From Candidatus Nomurabacteria bacterium (GTDB lineage: Bacteria > Patescibacteriota > WWE3 > UBA101185 > UBA10185): a stretch of 64,000 bases of DNA. Position 1 is the stretch's first letter, and each line of letters begins with the position of its first letter. A program made the position numbers and the translations under genes. Below are positions 29,004 to 38,365 of the stretch, piece after piece. The stretch is from contig JACKGU010000001.1 in the NCBI GenBank assembly GCA_020631855.1, positions 39,601 to 103,600 of the forward strand. Reading direction: 5' to 3'. The notes under the pieces are model-generated. The model was not told where the DNA came from. It did not search any database and was given only the letters and a program-made list of their open reading frames with translations.

Positions 29004-30287
29004 TTAATTCAAGTGTTCGTTGTTATATTTTTTTATAAAATCAAGAACTTCTTCAGGGCTCGTGCAAATTTTCACAAGGTCGGCCTCACCTTCGCGCAAA
29101 AGAAGGTATTTTTCAAGAGCGGCAATTATTTCTTCCCAGAAATTTCCATATAAGATTATTGGTTTATGGTGCCCCTCGTGTATTCGAGAGTTGGCCCAAC
29201 TCATGCCGAGTTCGCTCAGTGTTCCTGTCCCTCCAATGAATACGATGTGCAGGTCTGTGTTTTGCAACATTATTTTTGTACGATCGAAATAATCCTTCGT
29301 TGTAATTTCGAAATCAAAGTCGTTTTCGGGATCGGTGCCTTCATAGTTTTTATGCTTGTAGCTTGGGCTGTAGGTAACCACCAGTACTTCTTTGCCCCCT
29401 GCGTGTGTTCCTTTGGTGGCCGCCTTCATAATACCGGGTCCGCCCCCGTTTATAACCGCAATGCCGTTTTCTGCTAGAAGTTTAGCCACGGCAAAAGCCT
29501 CTTTATAGGCTTGATCTTTCTCAGTTAGTGCTGCTCCGCCAAAGAACCCCGCAGATTTTATTACTCCGGAATATTCTATAGGTACTAGTTTTTCGGAGCT
29601 TTTTTTCTGTTGAACTTTTTTTTCACTCATTATGTTTTTTATAACTTTTTGTAATTCTAAGTATGCCTCATCGGGTCTATTTTTTGCAAATATTGCGGAA
29701 CCGGCAACGACCGAGTTTATCGATCTGATAACAGAGTAACTAAAGTACTCCTTTAAAGTTTTTGTGTTTATACCCCCGTCTAGTTGAAGTAGGTGGTCTG
29801 GGTTTTTTTTAGCAAATTTCAGAGCATTTTTAAAAGCTTCCGGCTCAAATTTTCTGCCTTGTCCTCCCGGCACTACGGTTAAAAACTGTACGTTGTTTGT
29901 ATAGGAAGAAAAGACAGCCATTTCTCTATCTGATGTGTCTAGGGAAAATGAGATTCCGAGATCGATTCTATTTTCTGCACATAGTTGCTCGAGCATTTTG
30001 AAGTGGGCCTTACTTTTTATTGCTTTTGACAAAACGTATATTTTTGAGATGTGGCCGTTCTGAAAAATATATTTTTCAGGAACGGCCACCATTAAATCTA
30101 GTTCTAAAGTTAAGTTTTGTTCAAAATTTAAATCAAAGAGGGGACTCGGGTCTACAAAAGTTTTACCTTCTACTAAAGTCCCGTCGCACATATCGATCTG
30201 AATATGCTTAGCAGTGCCCCCAAGCCCTTCAATGTTATTCAGAACTTTTTCTATCGACTGTTCTAAGATAGTTGGGTAGATTTTCAT
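29004..30287 (-). CDS. fusion of a ribulose-phosphate 3-epimerase-like TIM barrel (N-terminal) with a LOG/TIGR00730-family nucleotide phosphoribohydrolase domain (C-terminal)
   Basis: N-terminal: IYPTIL...HIQIDMCDG, LDLMV, LTVVPGGQGRKF, LDGGIN...VAGSAIF, matching RPE blocks. C-terminal: GGGPGIMKA and IGGTGTLSE, the LOG-family motifs. Confidence 0.55.
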   Translation of the reverse strand: MKIYPTILEQSIEKVLNNIEGLGGTAKHIQIDMCDGTLVEGKTFVDPSPLFDLNFEQNLTLELDLMVAVPEKYIFQNGHISKIYVLSKAIKSKAHFKMLEQLCAENRIDLGISFSLDTSDREMAVFSSYTNNVQFLTVVPGGQGRKFEPEAFKNALKFAKKNPDHLLQLDGGINTKTLKEYFSYSVIRSINSVVAGSAIFAKNRPDEAYLELQKVIKNIMSEKKVQQKKSSEKLVPIEYSGVIKSAGFFGGAALTEKDQAYKEAFAVAKLLAENGIAVINGGGPGIMKAATKGTHAGGKEVLVVTYSPSYKHKNYEGTDPENDFDFEITTKDYFDRTKIMLQNTDLHIVFIGGTGTLSELGMSWANSRIHEGHHKPIILYGNFWEEIIAALEKYLLLREGEADLVKICTSPEEVLDFIKKYNNEHLN

Positions 30288-30727
30288 TTTAGTATATCCT
30301 CCAGTTCTGAAAGCCTTCTAACGTGGCGCTCTTGTTTTGAAAAAGAAGTGTTCAGCCATGCCCCTATTATGTTTTTTGCTTCGCTGTAGGATACGTAGTC
30401 GGCAGGCAAAGCTAAGACATTTGTATTGTCATCTTTTCTGGAGCTTTTAGCGTGTTTTGGTGACCACGATAAGGCGCATCGAATATGCTCGAATCTGTTC
30501 ATGGCCATGCTGACTCCGACCCCGTTTCTGCACAAAATGATGCCTCGAGAGTACTCGGTGTTTTGACTCATTTTTTCGGCAAGCTTTTTTGCATATTTTG
30601 GATAGTCATCGTCTTCTAAAAACTCAGACGGCCCTAAGTCAGTAATTTTAACACCGGCTTTTTTAAAAAGATTTATTAGTTTTGTTTTAAGTTCGTAACC
30701 GCCATGGTCAGAGGTTATATAGAGCAT
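30284..30727 (-). CDS. rpiB: ribose-5-phosphate isomerase B
   Basis: RpiB/LacAB family: MLYITSDHGGYELK, CRNGVGVSMAMN; 147 aa; 4-nt overlap with the downstream gene. Confidence 0.8.
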   Translation of the reverse strand: MLYITSDHGGYELKTKLINLFKKAGVKITDLGPSEFLEDDDYPKYAKKLAEKMSQNTEYSRGIILCRNGVGVSMAMNRFEHIRCALSWSPKHAKSSRKDDNTNVLALPADYVSYSEAKNIIGAWLNTSFSKQERHVRRLSELEDILK

Positions 30728-30739
30728 TGTTTAAGTATA

Positions 30740-31399
30740 CTATATTTTAATTCCGGGTTTTTTATATAAAAAAACAATGGTAATAAGTGAAACCATTGCA
30801 AGTAAAAAGCTTACAGCTACGCCTACATTAAGGCCCCATTCTACCCAATGAACACTCCTTGTACTCTCTAATACCAGCCTTTGCGTTGAGTACATAAAAA
30901 TGTATATTAAAAAAATGGCCCCACTTTTATAGTGTGTTGTTTTTTTATCAAATAAATTGTTTATTGCTAAAATAAATAGCCAAATTATGATATTTCCCGC
31001 AATTTCAAAATAGGCATATGGTAGAAGTTCTTGATTATAAACATTTCCGAGCCTGCCTATGGCTTGTCCTAAGGGGGCATTTATGGCGCATGCGTCAAGC
31101 CAAAGACGAACGGGCTGTTTTTTAATTGCTAAGTACGCTGTCGTGCTCAAAAGAGTACCTAATATCGCGCCATAAATGCCCATTCCTCCTTTCCAAATCT
31201 CCAAAGCCTGGGTCGGGTTAGAGTAGTAATACGATCGGAAATCAAGTACATGGTAAAGTCTTGCGCCTACAATTCCCCACACAATAGCATAAAATAAACC
31301 TCCCCAAAATATGTTTACATCAAGTTTTTTCTTACCAAGTGCACGCTCCGTAAGTAGAGCGTATATTAAAATGGCACCGGTTATGAAAAAACCGTACAT
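30740..31399 (-). CDS. lgt: prolipoprotein diacylglyceryl transferase-like membrane protein (short)
   Basis: GGMGIYGAILG and GRLGNVYNQEL resemble the Lgt signature regions; only 219 aa. Confidence 0.45.
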   Translation of the reverse strand: MYGFFITGAILIYALLTERALGKKKLDVNIFWGGLFYAIVWGIVGARLYHVLDFRSYYYSNPTQALEIWKGGMGIYGAILGTLLSTTAYLAIKKQPVRLWLDACAINAPLGQAIGRLGNVYNQELLPYAYFEIAGNIIIWLFILAINNLFDKKTTHYKSGAIFLIYIFMYSTQRLVLESTRSVHWVEWGLNVGVAVSFLLAMVSLITIVFLYKKPGIKI

Positions 31400-31402
31400 G
31401 AT

Positions 31403-31948
31403 TTAGATTAGGTATAAGAAATAAACTAGCAAAATAGTAAGAGTTCCAATATAAATAAAAAACCCATTTCTTTTTGGTTGCTCCTTGAGTATCCAGAACC
31501 AGCTGGAAAGGTTGTTGTCGAAGTAAATCTGTATAGCCTTATAAATACTTACGGCAAGGGCCGAAAAGACTAGAGCTTTAACAAAAAGCAATGAGGATGA
31601 AAATGCAATAAGGCCGCCTAACACAGTAAGCGCGAACTGGAAAAGGGCACTGTTTAAAGGTTTATCGGTAACCTCGTTTTTGTGAAATTGAGTGTAGGTT
31701 AAGGCGTTTTTGAAATCTTTATCTTTGAGATAGCCCCGTAAGGTTTGAGAGAAAATTGACTCTTTATCTAAAAAGTATGCAAAGGCCAGGTAGTCCGCTT
31801 CAAAAATTATTCCGCCCATTATGCTTGAGGCTATAACTGCCACAAAGGCTAGGGGATTTGCGACAGAGGATTTTGTAATTATTATTATTGCTATTGTGAG
31901 AGAGATCAAAAAATGTATTTTATAGAAATTAAAAATGTGCCTTATCAT
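31403..31948 (-). CDS. hypothetical polytopic membrane protein
   Basis: ORF track; about 5 TM helices. Confidence 0.3.
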   Translation of the reverse strand: MIRHIFNFYKIHFLISLTIAIIIITKSSVANPLAFVAVIASSIMGGIIFEADYLAFAYFLDKESIFSQTLRGYLKDKDFKNALTYTQFHKNEVTDKPLNSALFQFALTVLGGLIAFSSSLLFVKALVFSALAVSIYKAIQIYFDNNLSSWFWILKEQPKRNGFFIYIGTLTILLVYFLYLI

Positions 31949-32017
31949 TAATTTTTATTTTAGTAGTTGTGCGTGGTATTTGCAACGAACTTAACAAAAA
32001 AGAGAACTTGCGCGGCT

Positions 32018-32374
32018 TTAGTTTGTTTCTTTTTCATTCTTCTTTGGATGCGGCTTTTTTTCTGTGGCTTGCTCTTTCTCGGCCGAGGCTGCTTTTAACT
32101 GTTTCACCTTCCACATAAATAGGCGGCCTTTTGTTGTAGCGTTGGGCGAGGCCTTTATGTGATCCAGAGCTTGTAATAGCAGGTTGCGATCTTCTGTTTT
32201 TGCTAATTTTATATACAACGCCCGATGTTTTATGTCTCCCAACTCTTCAGCAAGCCTGTTGCCGAAAGCCTGAAATTCATATGAGTTTCTGTGATCTCGG
32301 TTGGCTTTTTTATTTTTTAATATGTCTGCTAGTGTTTGCATTGTATTTCTAGGCACGAACTGCACTGTTTTCAA
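32018..32374 (-). CDS. hypothetical basic protein (118 aa)
   Basis: ORF track; lysine-rich tail; overlaps the upstream ORF, so in an operon with the ligase gene. Confidence 0.3.
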   Translation of the reverse strand: MKTVQFVPRNTMQTLADILKNKKANRDHRNSYEFQAFGNRLAEELGDIKHRALYIKLAKTEDRNLLLQALDHIKASPNATTKGRLFMWKVKQLKAASAEKEQATEKKPHPKKNEKETN

Positions 32375-33416
32375 GAGATATCGCCTCCAGGGAATAGGCG
32401 AGCGCCGAAAGAATAGTCACTAGGGGATCATCGTTTGTTTTTACCCTGGTTGCGTAGGCCAGGCCTGCACGTAAAGCCCATATTGTGGTGCTGACGTTGT
32501 AAAGTGCTAGTATTTGAACAGCTTCTTCCAGCCGCCCTTGTTGCAAAGGCCCTTTCGGGTCTTGTGCTTTCCTGCGCATCCGCGGTTCTGCGAGCAGTGC
32601 CCACATGAGATTTATTAATATGTTAATATCTTGAACATCGATCTCTTTCCCCGTGCTTATTTGGTGAGTCTCGGGCGCAGGTGGAAATCCAAGAGAAGGA
32701 TTTCTGGGCATTAAACCTTCGATTATATTAGTTGCAAGAGGCCCTAACTCCTCTCTTAATATTGAGATTTCACCCTGTACAGCCCCTCTAGTGATGCCGA
32801 TGGCGGGTAGCCAGTTAGGTGGAAACATGGGTGGTTTAATCCCCCCATTCAACCCGTTGCTGCGATCCCCCCTTTTGAGAACAGGCAGTATCACTCCTTC
32901 AAGGCCGTGCCTCCCTAGCATATTAGCTCCTGTGAGGTCATACAAGGTTTTACTGGGAGCTTTGTAAAGTATTTCGTGGGTGGCCGCCCCTATAGTTAAA
33001 ATTGCGGTTAGTATAGGGTCTCCGAAACTTCCCACTTCATATACTGCTTCTTTAACAACAGCTTTCGGAACAAATCCAAGTATAGCTGACGCCCAGGGCA
33101 CATAGAGAGGTGGAAGTATGCTGCAGGTTTTTTCCACTACTCTATCGTGCAACATTCCTGTAAGCGTGTCCTTATGAGCATCTTCCGGCCCATCTCTTTT
33201 AGGGTAACTATTGCCAAGGATCTCGATGTCTGTTCTGATAGGTTCTAGTGTAGGCTCGTCCCTTGTGATAGGAAAATGAAGAAGACCGTCCCTTTTTTTC
33301 CTAAGATCAAAAAAAGTAGCAGCGAGGGAAGCTCCGAGTCTGGGAATAAACTCTCTCCTAGTAATTATTTCTTCATTTGGGGTCCTAGAGATAGTTATTG
33401 CTTCATTGTCTGGCAT
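32349..33416 (-). CDS. hypothetical protein with a possible twin-arginine signal
   Basis: TRREFIPRLGASLAATFF near the N-terminus; 14-nt overlap with the ligase gene. Confidence 0.35.
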   Translation of the reverse strand: MPDNEAITISRTPNEEIITRREFIPRLGASLAATFFDLRKKRDGLLHFPITRDEPTLEPIRTDIEILGNSYPKRDGPEDAHKDTLTGMLHDRVVEKTCSILPPLYVPWASAILGFVPKAVVKEAVYEVGSFGDPILTAILTIGAATHEILYKAPSKTLYDLTGANMLGRHGLEGVILPVLKRGDRSNGLNGGIKPPMFPPNWLPAIGITRGAVQGEISILREELGPLATNIIEGLMPRNPSLGFPPAPETHQISTGKEIDVQDINILINLMWALLAEPRMRRKAQDPKGPLQQGRLEEAVQILALYNVSTTIWALRAGLAYATRVKTNDDPLVTILSALAYSLEAISLENSAVRA

Positions 33417-35214
33417 CTTTCTCCGGCCTCCTTCCCGTTGTTAGTTTGTATAAATCTTCTATTTCTTTTAGTGTTGTGATGTCCCTAACATTCTTATCCA
33501 CCCTAAAACCTATTAGTCTGGGAAATCTCATAGCGAAGCCTGAAGAGTGAGAAGGGGATTTTGTTATTTCATCTCCTGATATTTCAACTACAAGCTGTGG
33601 TTTTGTCCAGACATCCGGCGCTAAGCCTTTTGGAACTTCAACTTCTTTCGGCGCGCCTTTCACCATAATTTTGTCTGCTTGGGATTTTAAAAACTTTAAT
33701 TCTTCATCTTTTAGACCTGTACCAACTTTTGTAATTGATTTATATGTTTGGGTCGCGCTATCGAAGATTCCTGCTAAAAAACCTCCTATGCCAAACTCGT
33801 TGCGTATTCCTCTGCCGAGGTAATAGCCAAGAATAACTACATCTATAGTGTCGTCCAGTAGCGTATCGTCTGCAACCTTAAATTTCACCCATGTATAAGA
33901 TCTTGCCCCTGCTTGATAAGGGGCCATAGGATTTTTTGCAATTATGCCCTCAAGCTTCTTCTCCCTTACTTTTTCAAAAAAGGCACTTAGTTTTTTGGCC
34001 TCAGAAAATGTTTGGTAGTTGACAACTACAATTGTATCTGTTGTGTTGTCGTTGCTTTTTATTACACCGCCTAAAATTTTTTTGCGCTCAGCTAGAGTTT
34101 TGTTAAGTAAAGACTCGCCGTTTAGATATAAGATGTCAAACACAAAGTATTTTAAAGGTATTTCTTGAGCAAGTTCACTTATATTGTGCTTTCTTTTTCT
34201 TTGAATTGTTTGTTGAAAGGGTAGGAACTCGCCGGTTTCTCTGTCATACCCTATCGCTTCACCATCCAATATAGCACTTTCGGCTTTTATTTGTTTGTTT
34301 GCCGCAGTTACGATCTCCGGATATTGGTGTGTTGTTTCTTCTAAGTTCCGTGTGTACGTTTTAATTAAAAAACCTTTGTCCTCTTTAAGTTCTTCAAACA
34401 AGCTTTTTCGAGCTGTATTAAGGACGCTTCTGTCCATATGAAGCTGTACTCTGGTCCCGTCAAACTTGTACTCTGCGTATACCTCTCCCATTTTTTCCAA
34501 TATCTCTTCGACGCCCGAAAGTCTCTGGCATTTTTGTGCCAGTATCGGGATGCCGATTTCAATATCCAGTTCTCTTAGACCTTTCTCGCCCTTTGTTTTT
34601 ATGAGGTAGGTTACATATCCTATATCGGGGTGTGTGTTATATTTTTCTTCTATACTTTTTCCAAATTTTTTGTTTTTGCCAAGAACTTTTGCTAACGCGT
34701 CCAGAATAGTTAGTTCAGTAAAACCTAGCCTGTTAGTACCAAGAATGATTCTTATTATAAATTTTGCGGAAACCGAGTCTGTCGATTTTAGCAATTCTGC
34801 TGTTGTAATAATTTTTTTGTCCTGAGAGCCTGTTCCTGAGGCATTGGCAATTTTAAGCAAAGCGTTGTAAACCTCAACTACCGTCTGTTTTTTGATAGGC
34901 TCTTGTCCCTGGTGTTTTAGTGACAGTTTTTCTGCAGCCAGACCAAGGTCCCCCAAATCGTTATAGAGATTTTCTACATCTGTTTCAGCTATGTTGTAGG
35001 CTATAGAGATTGCTCTTAGCGCCAGTTTTTCGGCCATGTTAAATTTTATGCTTTTAAACGGCGCATCAAGGTAGCCAAGTGAAAGGTAAACTGCTTGTTT
35101 TATTTCTTCAGGTTCAAGAATCTCGATCATTTCGGCCAGGATGCTTGTAATTTCCAGTCTAGCCGAGGTGTTTTCGAGCCTTTGTAGATACTTAGAATAG
35201 TCTCCAAACTGCAT
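33403..35214 (-). CDS. ATP-dependent DNA ligase
   Basis: Motif I EYKFDGTRVQLH (KxDGxR), an N-terminal DNA-binding domain and a C-terminal OB domain; 603 aa. Confidence 0.8.
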   Translation of the reverse strand: MQFGDYSKYLQRLENTSARLEITSILAEMIEILEPEEIKQAVYLSLGYLDAPFKSIKFNMAEKLALRAISIAYNIAETDVENLYNDLGDLGLAAEKLSLKHQGQEPIKKQTVVEVYNALLKIANASGTGSQDKKIITTAELLKSTDSVSAKFIIRIILGTNRLGFTELTILDALAKVLGKNKKFGKSIEEKYNTHPDIGYVTYLIKTKGEKGLRELDIEIGIPILAQKCQRLSGVEEILEKMGEVYAEYKFDGTRVQLHMDRSVLNTARKSLFEELKEDKGFLIKTYTRNLEETTHQYPEIVTAANKQIKAESAILDGEAIGYDRETGEFLPFQQTIQRKRKHNISELAQEIPLKYFVFDILYLNGESLLNKTLAERKKILGGVIKSNDNTTDTIVVVNYQTFSEAKKLSAFFEKVREKKLEGIIAKNPMAPYQAGARSYTWVKFKVADDTLLDDTIDVVILGYYLGRGIRNEFGIGGFLAGIFDSATQTYKSITKVGTGLKDEELKFLKSQADKIMVKGAPKEVEVPKGLAPDVWTKPQLVVEISGDEITKSPSHSSGFAMRFPRLIGFRVDKNVRDITTLKEIEDLYKLTTGRRPEKDARQ

Positions 35215-35252
35215 CTTCCTATTATACTATAGAAATCGGACTTATCCTATAG

Positions 35253-36224
35253 TTAATTTGAGAGTTCGTAGCGCGAAGATTTTGTACTGCCTAATTTAAC
35301 TACAATGCCCATATCTATTAACTTTTTCAAATCTCTTAAAATCGTATCTTCCGACAGATCAGGAAAAAGGGCAGGAAAGTCCTTGTTCTGAATTAATACG
35401 TAGTCCTGAAGATAGCTGATTATACGTTCGTGTCGCTGTGACAACTTTGCTCTTCCGGCCGCTTTCGCGATTTTAGCATCTTTTGCAAGCATTTTAATTT
35501 TATCCGCCACTGTAGAAAGCTCTCGATGAGCAATATCGGTTGTATATTCAAGCCACTGTGTTAAGTCATAAGACTTGCGGGCATCATCAATAAGCTCTTG
35601 ATAATCGAGATATGTTTTGTATTCATACTCTTGTGGGCAGAAATATCCTTTAATGTTGTACCCGTGAGATTCCAGCAGTACGTCTGAAATTAGATCGGCA
35701 AGTAGAGAATTATGTTTTTCAAAAGGTTGTATTATTTCAATGTTTAGTTTAACTATGTAAGCCAGCAACATAGGGTGTGTTTGCAGGGCTTCTACACTTT
35801 GCAGCCAGTCTACCAGCTCAACCATTTGAGCTAAAATTTCATCTGCAGGCACTCCTTTTTGAGATGGGGTATTTCTATATTTTGATGTTCCGGTTAAGGC
35901 CTTGTATAAGTCAGCAATATCCTCCTCAGTTAGTTCTTTTGTTGATGCATAGTCGTGAGATAATTCCAAGGTTGAGAGGTATCTCTCGGCTATGTGCGGA
36001 ACCTTAGTAGGTAAGTTTGTTATTAGTTTTTTTATGTCTTCCGGATTGATGTTTGTTCCGTCCTTTTGTATTGCGTAGGATATAGTTCTTGTTTTTGCGT
36101 CTACGATCAGCTGATTCTCCCAGTTGCTTAGCAAAGGTGTGTTTTCAATAATAGCCTTCGCATACTCTATTCCCGAGACGTTTTTTAGTATATCCGATGT
36201 AATTGTATATTCAGGAGAGAACAC
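35253..36224 (-). CDS. hypothetical protein, possibly Fic-like with a degenerate motif and a C-terminal winged-helix domain
   Basis: Weak: QPFEKHNS lies where Fic HPFxDGNGR would be; a helix-turn-helix-like C-terminus. Confidence 0.25.
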   Translation of the reverse strand: MFSPEYTITSDILKNVSGIEYAKAIIENTPLLSNWENQLIVDAKTRTISYAIQKDGTNINPEDIKKLITNLPTKVPHIAERYLSTLELSHDYASTKELTEEDIADLYKALTGTSKYRNTPSQKGVPADEILAQMVELVDWLQSVEALQTHPMLLAYIVKLNIEIIQPFEKHNSLLADLISDVLLESHGYNIKGYFCPQEYEYKTYLDYQELIDDARKSYDLTQWLEYTTDIAHRELSTVADKIKMLAKDAKIAKAAGRAKLSQRHERIISYLQDYVLIQNKDFPALFPDLSEDTILRDLKKLIDMGIVVKLGSTKSSRYELSN

Positions 36225-36310
36225 TAAATAATTCTCGCATATTTACCGCAAAGTTAAAATAACATATATTTTACATCTCTGTAGAGGCATCTTCAGTGGG
36301 TTAGGCAAGG

Positions 36311-36427
36311 GCTTTATAATTCAAAACTACTTGCGTAAGCTAGTCGGTGTAGTTTACTCGACATGTTGGGCTTTGTAGCTTAAAGAAATTACAGTAAAAC
36401 ACTTGCGTAAGCCGGTGGCGGTTGGTT
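36311..36427 (+). repeat. dispersed intergenic repeat, copy C (8-nt deletion near the 5' end)
   Basis: Aligns to copies A and B; abuts the recF stop codon. Confidence 0.8.
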
Positions 36428-37492
36428 TTAAAGGGCCCCTATCTCTAGTCCGTTTTTCGAATCTATTGCAGTAGTAATTATTGTCTGTTGAAGATTGGTA
36501 ATGTTCATTACTGCCTCTTTGTGTTTAGGATCAAGTTCCGAAAATATATCGTCTAATAGCAGTATTGGTCTAATTCCTGTAGCTTGTGCTATGTGGTCCA
36601 TTTCAGCCATTTTTATGGCTAGCATTATTGTTCTTTGTTGTCCTCGGGAGCTAAAAAAAGCGCTGTTGTAGTTGTTATAATCAACCTCGAAGTCGTCTCG
36701 GTGGGGCCCTACAAGTGTTGATCGAGTGTATATCTCTTTTTGTGAATATTCTTCAAGCCGTTTCTCAGATATGTGATTTTCCAGATAGTTGATTTTTAAT
36801 CTTGAGTTTTGAGGGTCAAGTTCTTCTAGGTAGACTTGGGCTTTTTTTCCAAGAATTTCAAATAGTTCTCTGCGATTTTTTTGTATTATTTCTCCGTTTA
36901 GCAAAATAATTTCGTTCCAAACGGGAAGCAAGTTATGTCCATGCCCTGTTTTGGCTATTTTTTCTAGGATCTTATTTCTATGCCTGATGGCCTTTGTATA
37001 TTTTAAATGGGCGGACTTATAGGATTCATTAGATTGAAACATTATGGCGTCTATGTATTTTCTTCTATCTGACGGAGGCCCGGAAAGTATGTCGAGATCA
37101 TCTGGTGTGAAAAGCACGCTTTTTATTTTTCCGGAGAAGTCTCTTAGTGCTTTTGGTACTTTATTTATTTTAACAACTTTTTTTGATGCGTTTGGGTAGG
37201 TCTGGCTTTTTTGAATAGAAAGCATAAGTTCCTCCTCAAAGGCAAGTTGTGGTTTGCTGCCCTGATCTTTTACTACTATTTCTATGTGTGCTACGTCAGC
37301 ATTATGATTAATGAGGTCTCTGTCGTATTTAGTTCTTAATGATTTAGTTGTTGAAACAAGGTGTATTGCCTCGAGAATATTGCTTTTACCTATTCCGTTT
37401 GGTCCTTTTATAATAAATGACTGGCCGTTGAATTTAAGTTCTAGCAATTCGTGGTTTCTGTAGTTAGTAAGCTTTATTTTTGTAATTAACAT
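36428..37492 (-). CDS. recF: DNA replication and repair protein RecF
   Basis: Walker A GPNGIGKSNILEAI and the SMC-like signature and Walker B regions. Confidence 0.8.
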   Translation of the reverse strand: MLITKIKLTNYRNHELLELKFNGQSFIIKGPNGIGKSNILEAIHLVSTTKSLRTKYDRDLINHNADVAHIEIVVKDQGSKPQLAFEEELMLSIQKSQTYPNASKKVVKINKVPKALRDFSGKIKSVLFTPDDLDILSGPPSDRRKYIDAIMFQSNESYKSAHLKYTKAIRHRNKILEKIAKTGHGHNLLPVWNEIILLNGEIIQKNRRELFEILGKKAQVYLEELDPQNSRLKINYLENHISEKRLEEYSQKEIYTRSTLVGPHRDDFEVDYNNYNSAFFSSRGQQRTIMLAIKMAEMDHIAQATGIRPILLLDDIFSELDPKHKEAVMNITNLQQTIITTAIDSKNGLEIGAL

Positions 37493-37507
37493 TGTGTGTT
37501 TTATAAA

Positions 37508-38365
37508 TTAGTTTACCGAAATTTTTTTGTTCAGCGTTTTGTCTTTGTGGGGCTGGCATAAAGGGCAAAAATACGTAGCCCGGCCGTTTATTCTTACCGT
37601 TTGTATCTCGCACTGGCACCTACTGCAGTGCGATTGCTGGTATACCTTAAAGTGGTTCTGATGGGAGCCTTTTTCACCATACAGGTCTACATAGTCTCTC
37701 ATAGATATGCCTCTGTGGGCGATGCCCTCATTTAAAACGCTGATAACGCTGTCTAGTAGTTTCGAGGCCTGTTCTTTGGTTATTTGCGATGTGTGAGTTG
37801 TGGGGTTTATGTTTGCCAACCATAAAGCGTCTGTGGCATATATATTCCCGAGTCCTGCAATTTTTCTCTGATCCATAAGCAGATTTTTTATACTTGTATT
37901 TTTTGATTTAATGACGTTGTAAAAATTTTTACTGTTAAATTCTTTTGTTGTGGGATCGAGCCCGAAATTATTTTTACTTTTTTCTATCTCTTGGCTATGG
38001 AGTATTTTTACTTTCCCGAACAACCGTGTGTCGCAGAATCTGAGCTCGCGGGCCCCATTTTGATATATGAGGTTGAGAACGAGCCTTTCCGCTTTGTCTT
38101 GGGGGTGCCCGGGCTCTCTGAGTAGTAGTTTTCCTGTCATCGCAAGATGGAAGCTCAGGCTATGTTGATTATCAAGGTTTAGAACAATTTGTTTTGCAAG
38201 TCTTTCCGCAGATACTATAGTTGCATTTATTACTTTTGAGTCAATGTCTTCCTGAGATAGGAGGTTGTACTTTTTCTTAATGTCTCTTACTTCGAGTATT
38301 TTATAGCCAAGTAAACTTTTATTGATTCCTTGAACTATGGTGTGAACTTCTGGTAGCTCCGGCAT
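37508..38365 (-). CDS. mutM: formamidopyrimidine-DNA glycosylase
   Basis: N-terminal MPELPEVHT with the catalytic Pro2; C-terminal zinc finger CSRCQCEIQ...CPLCQ. Confidence 0.85.
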   Translation of the reverse strand: MPELPEVHTIVQGINKSLLGYKILEVRDIKKKYNLLSQEDIDSKVINATIVSAERLAKQIVLNLDNQHSLSFHLAMTGKLLLREPGHPQDKAERLVLNLIYQNGARELRFCDTRLFGKVKILHSQEIEKSKNNFGLDPTTKEFNSKNFYNVIKSKNTSIKNLLMDQRKIAGLGNIYATDALWLANINPTTHTSQITKEQASKLLDSVISVLNEGIAHRGISMRDYVDLYGEKGSHQNHFKVYQQSHCSRCQCEIQTVRINGRATYFCPLCQPHKDKTLNKKISVN

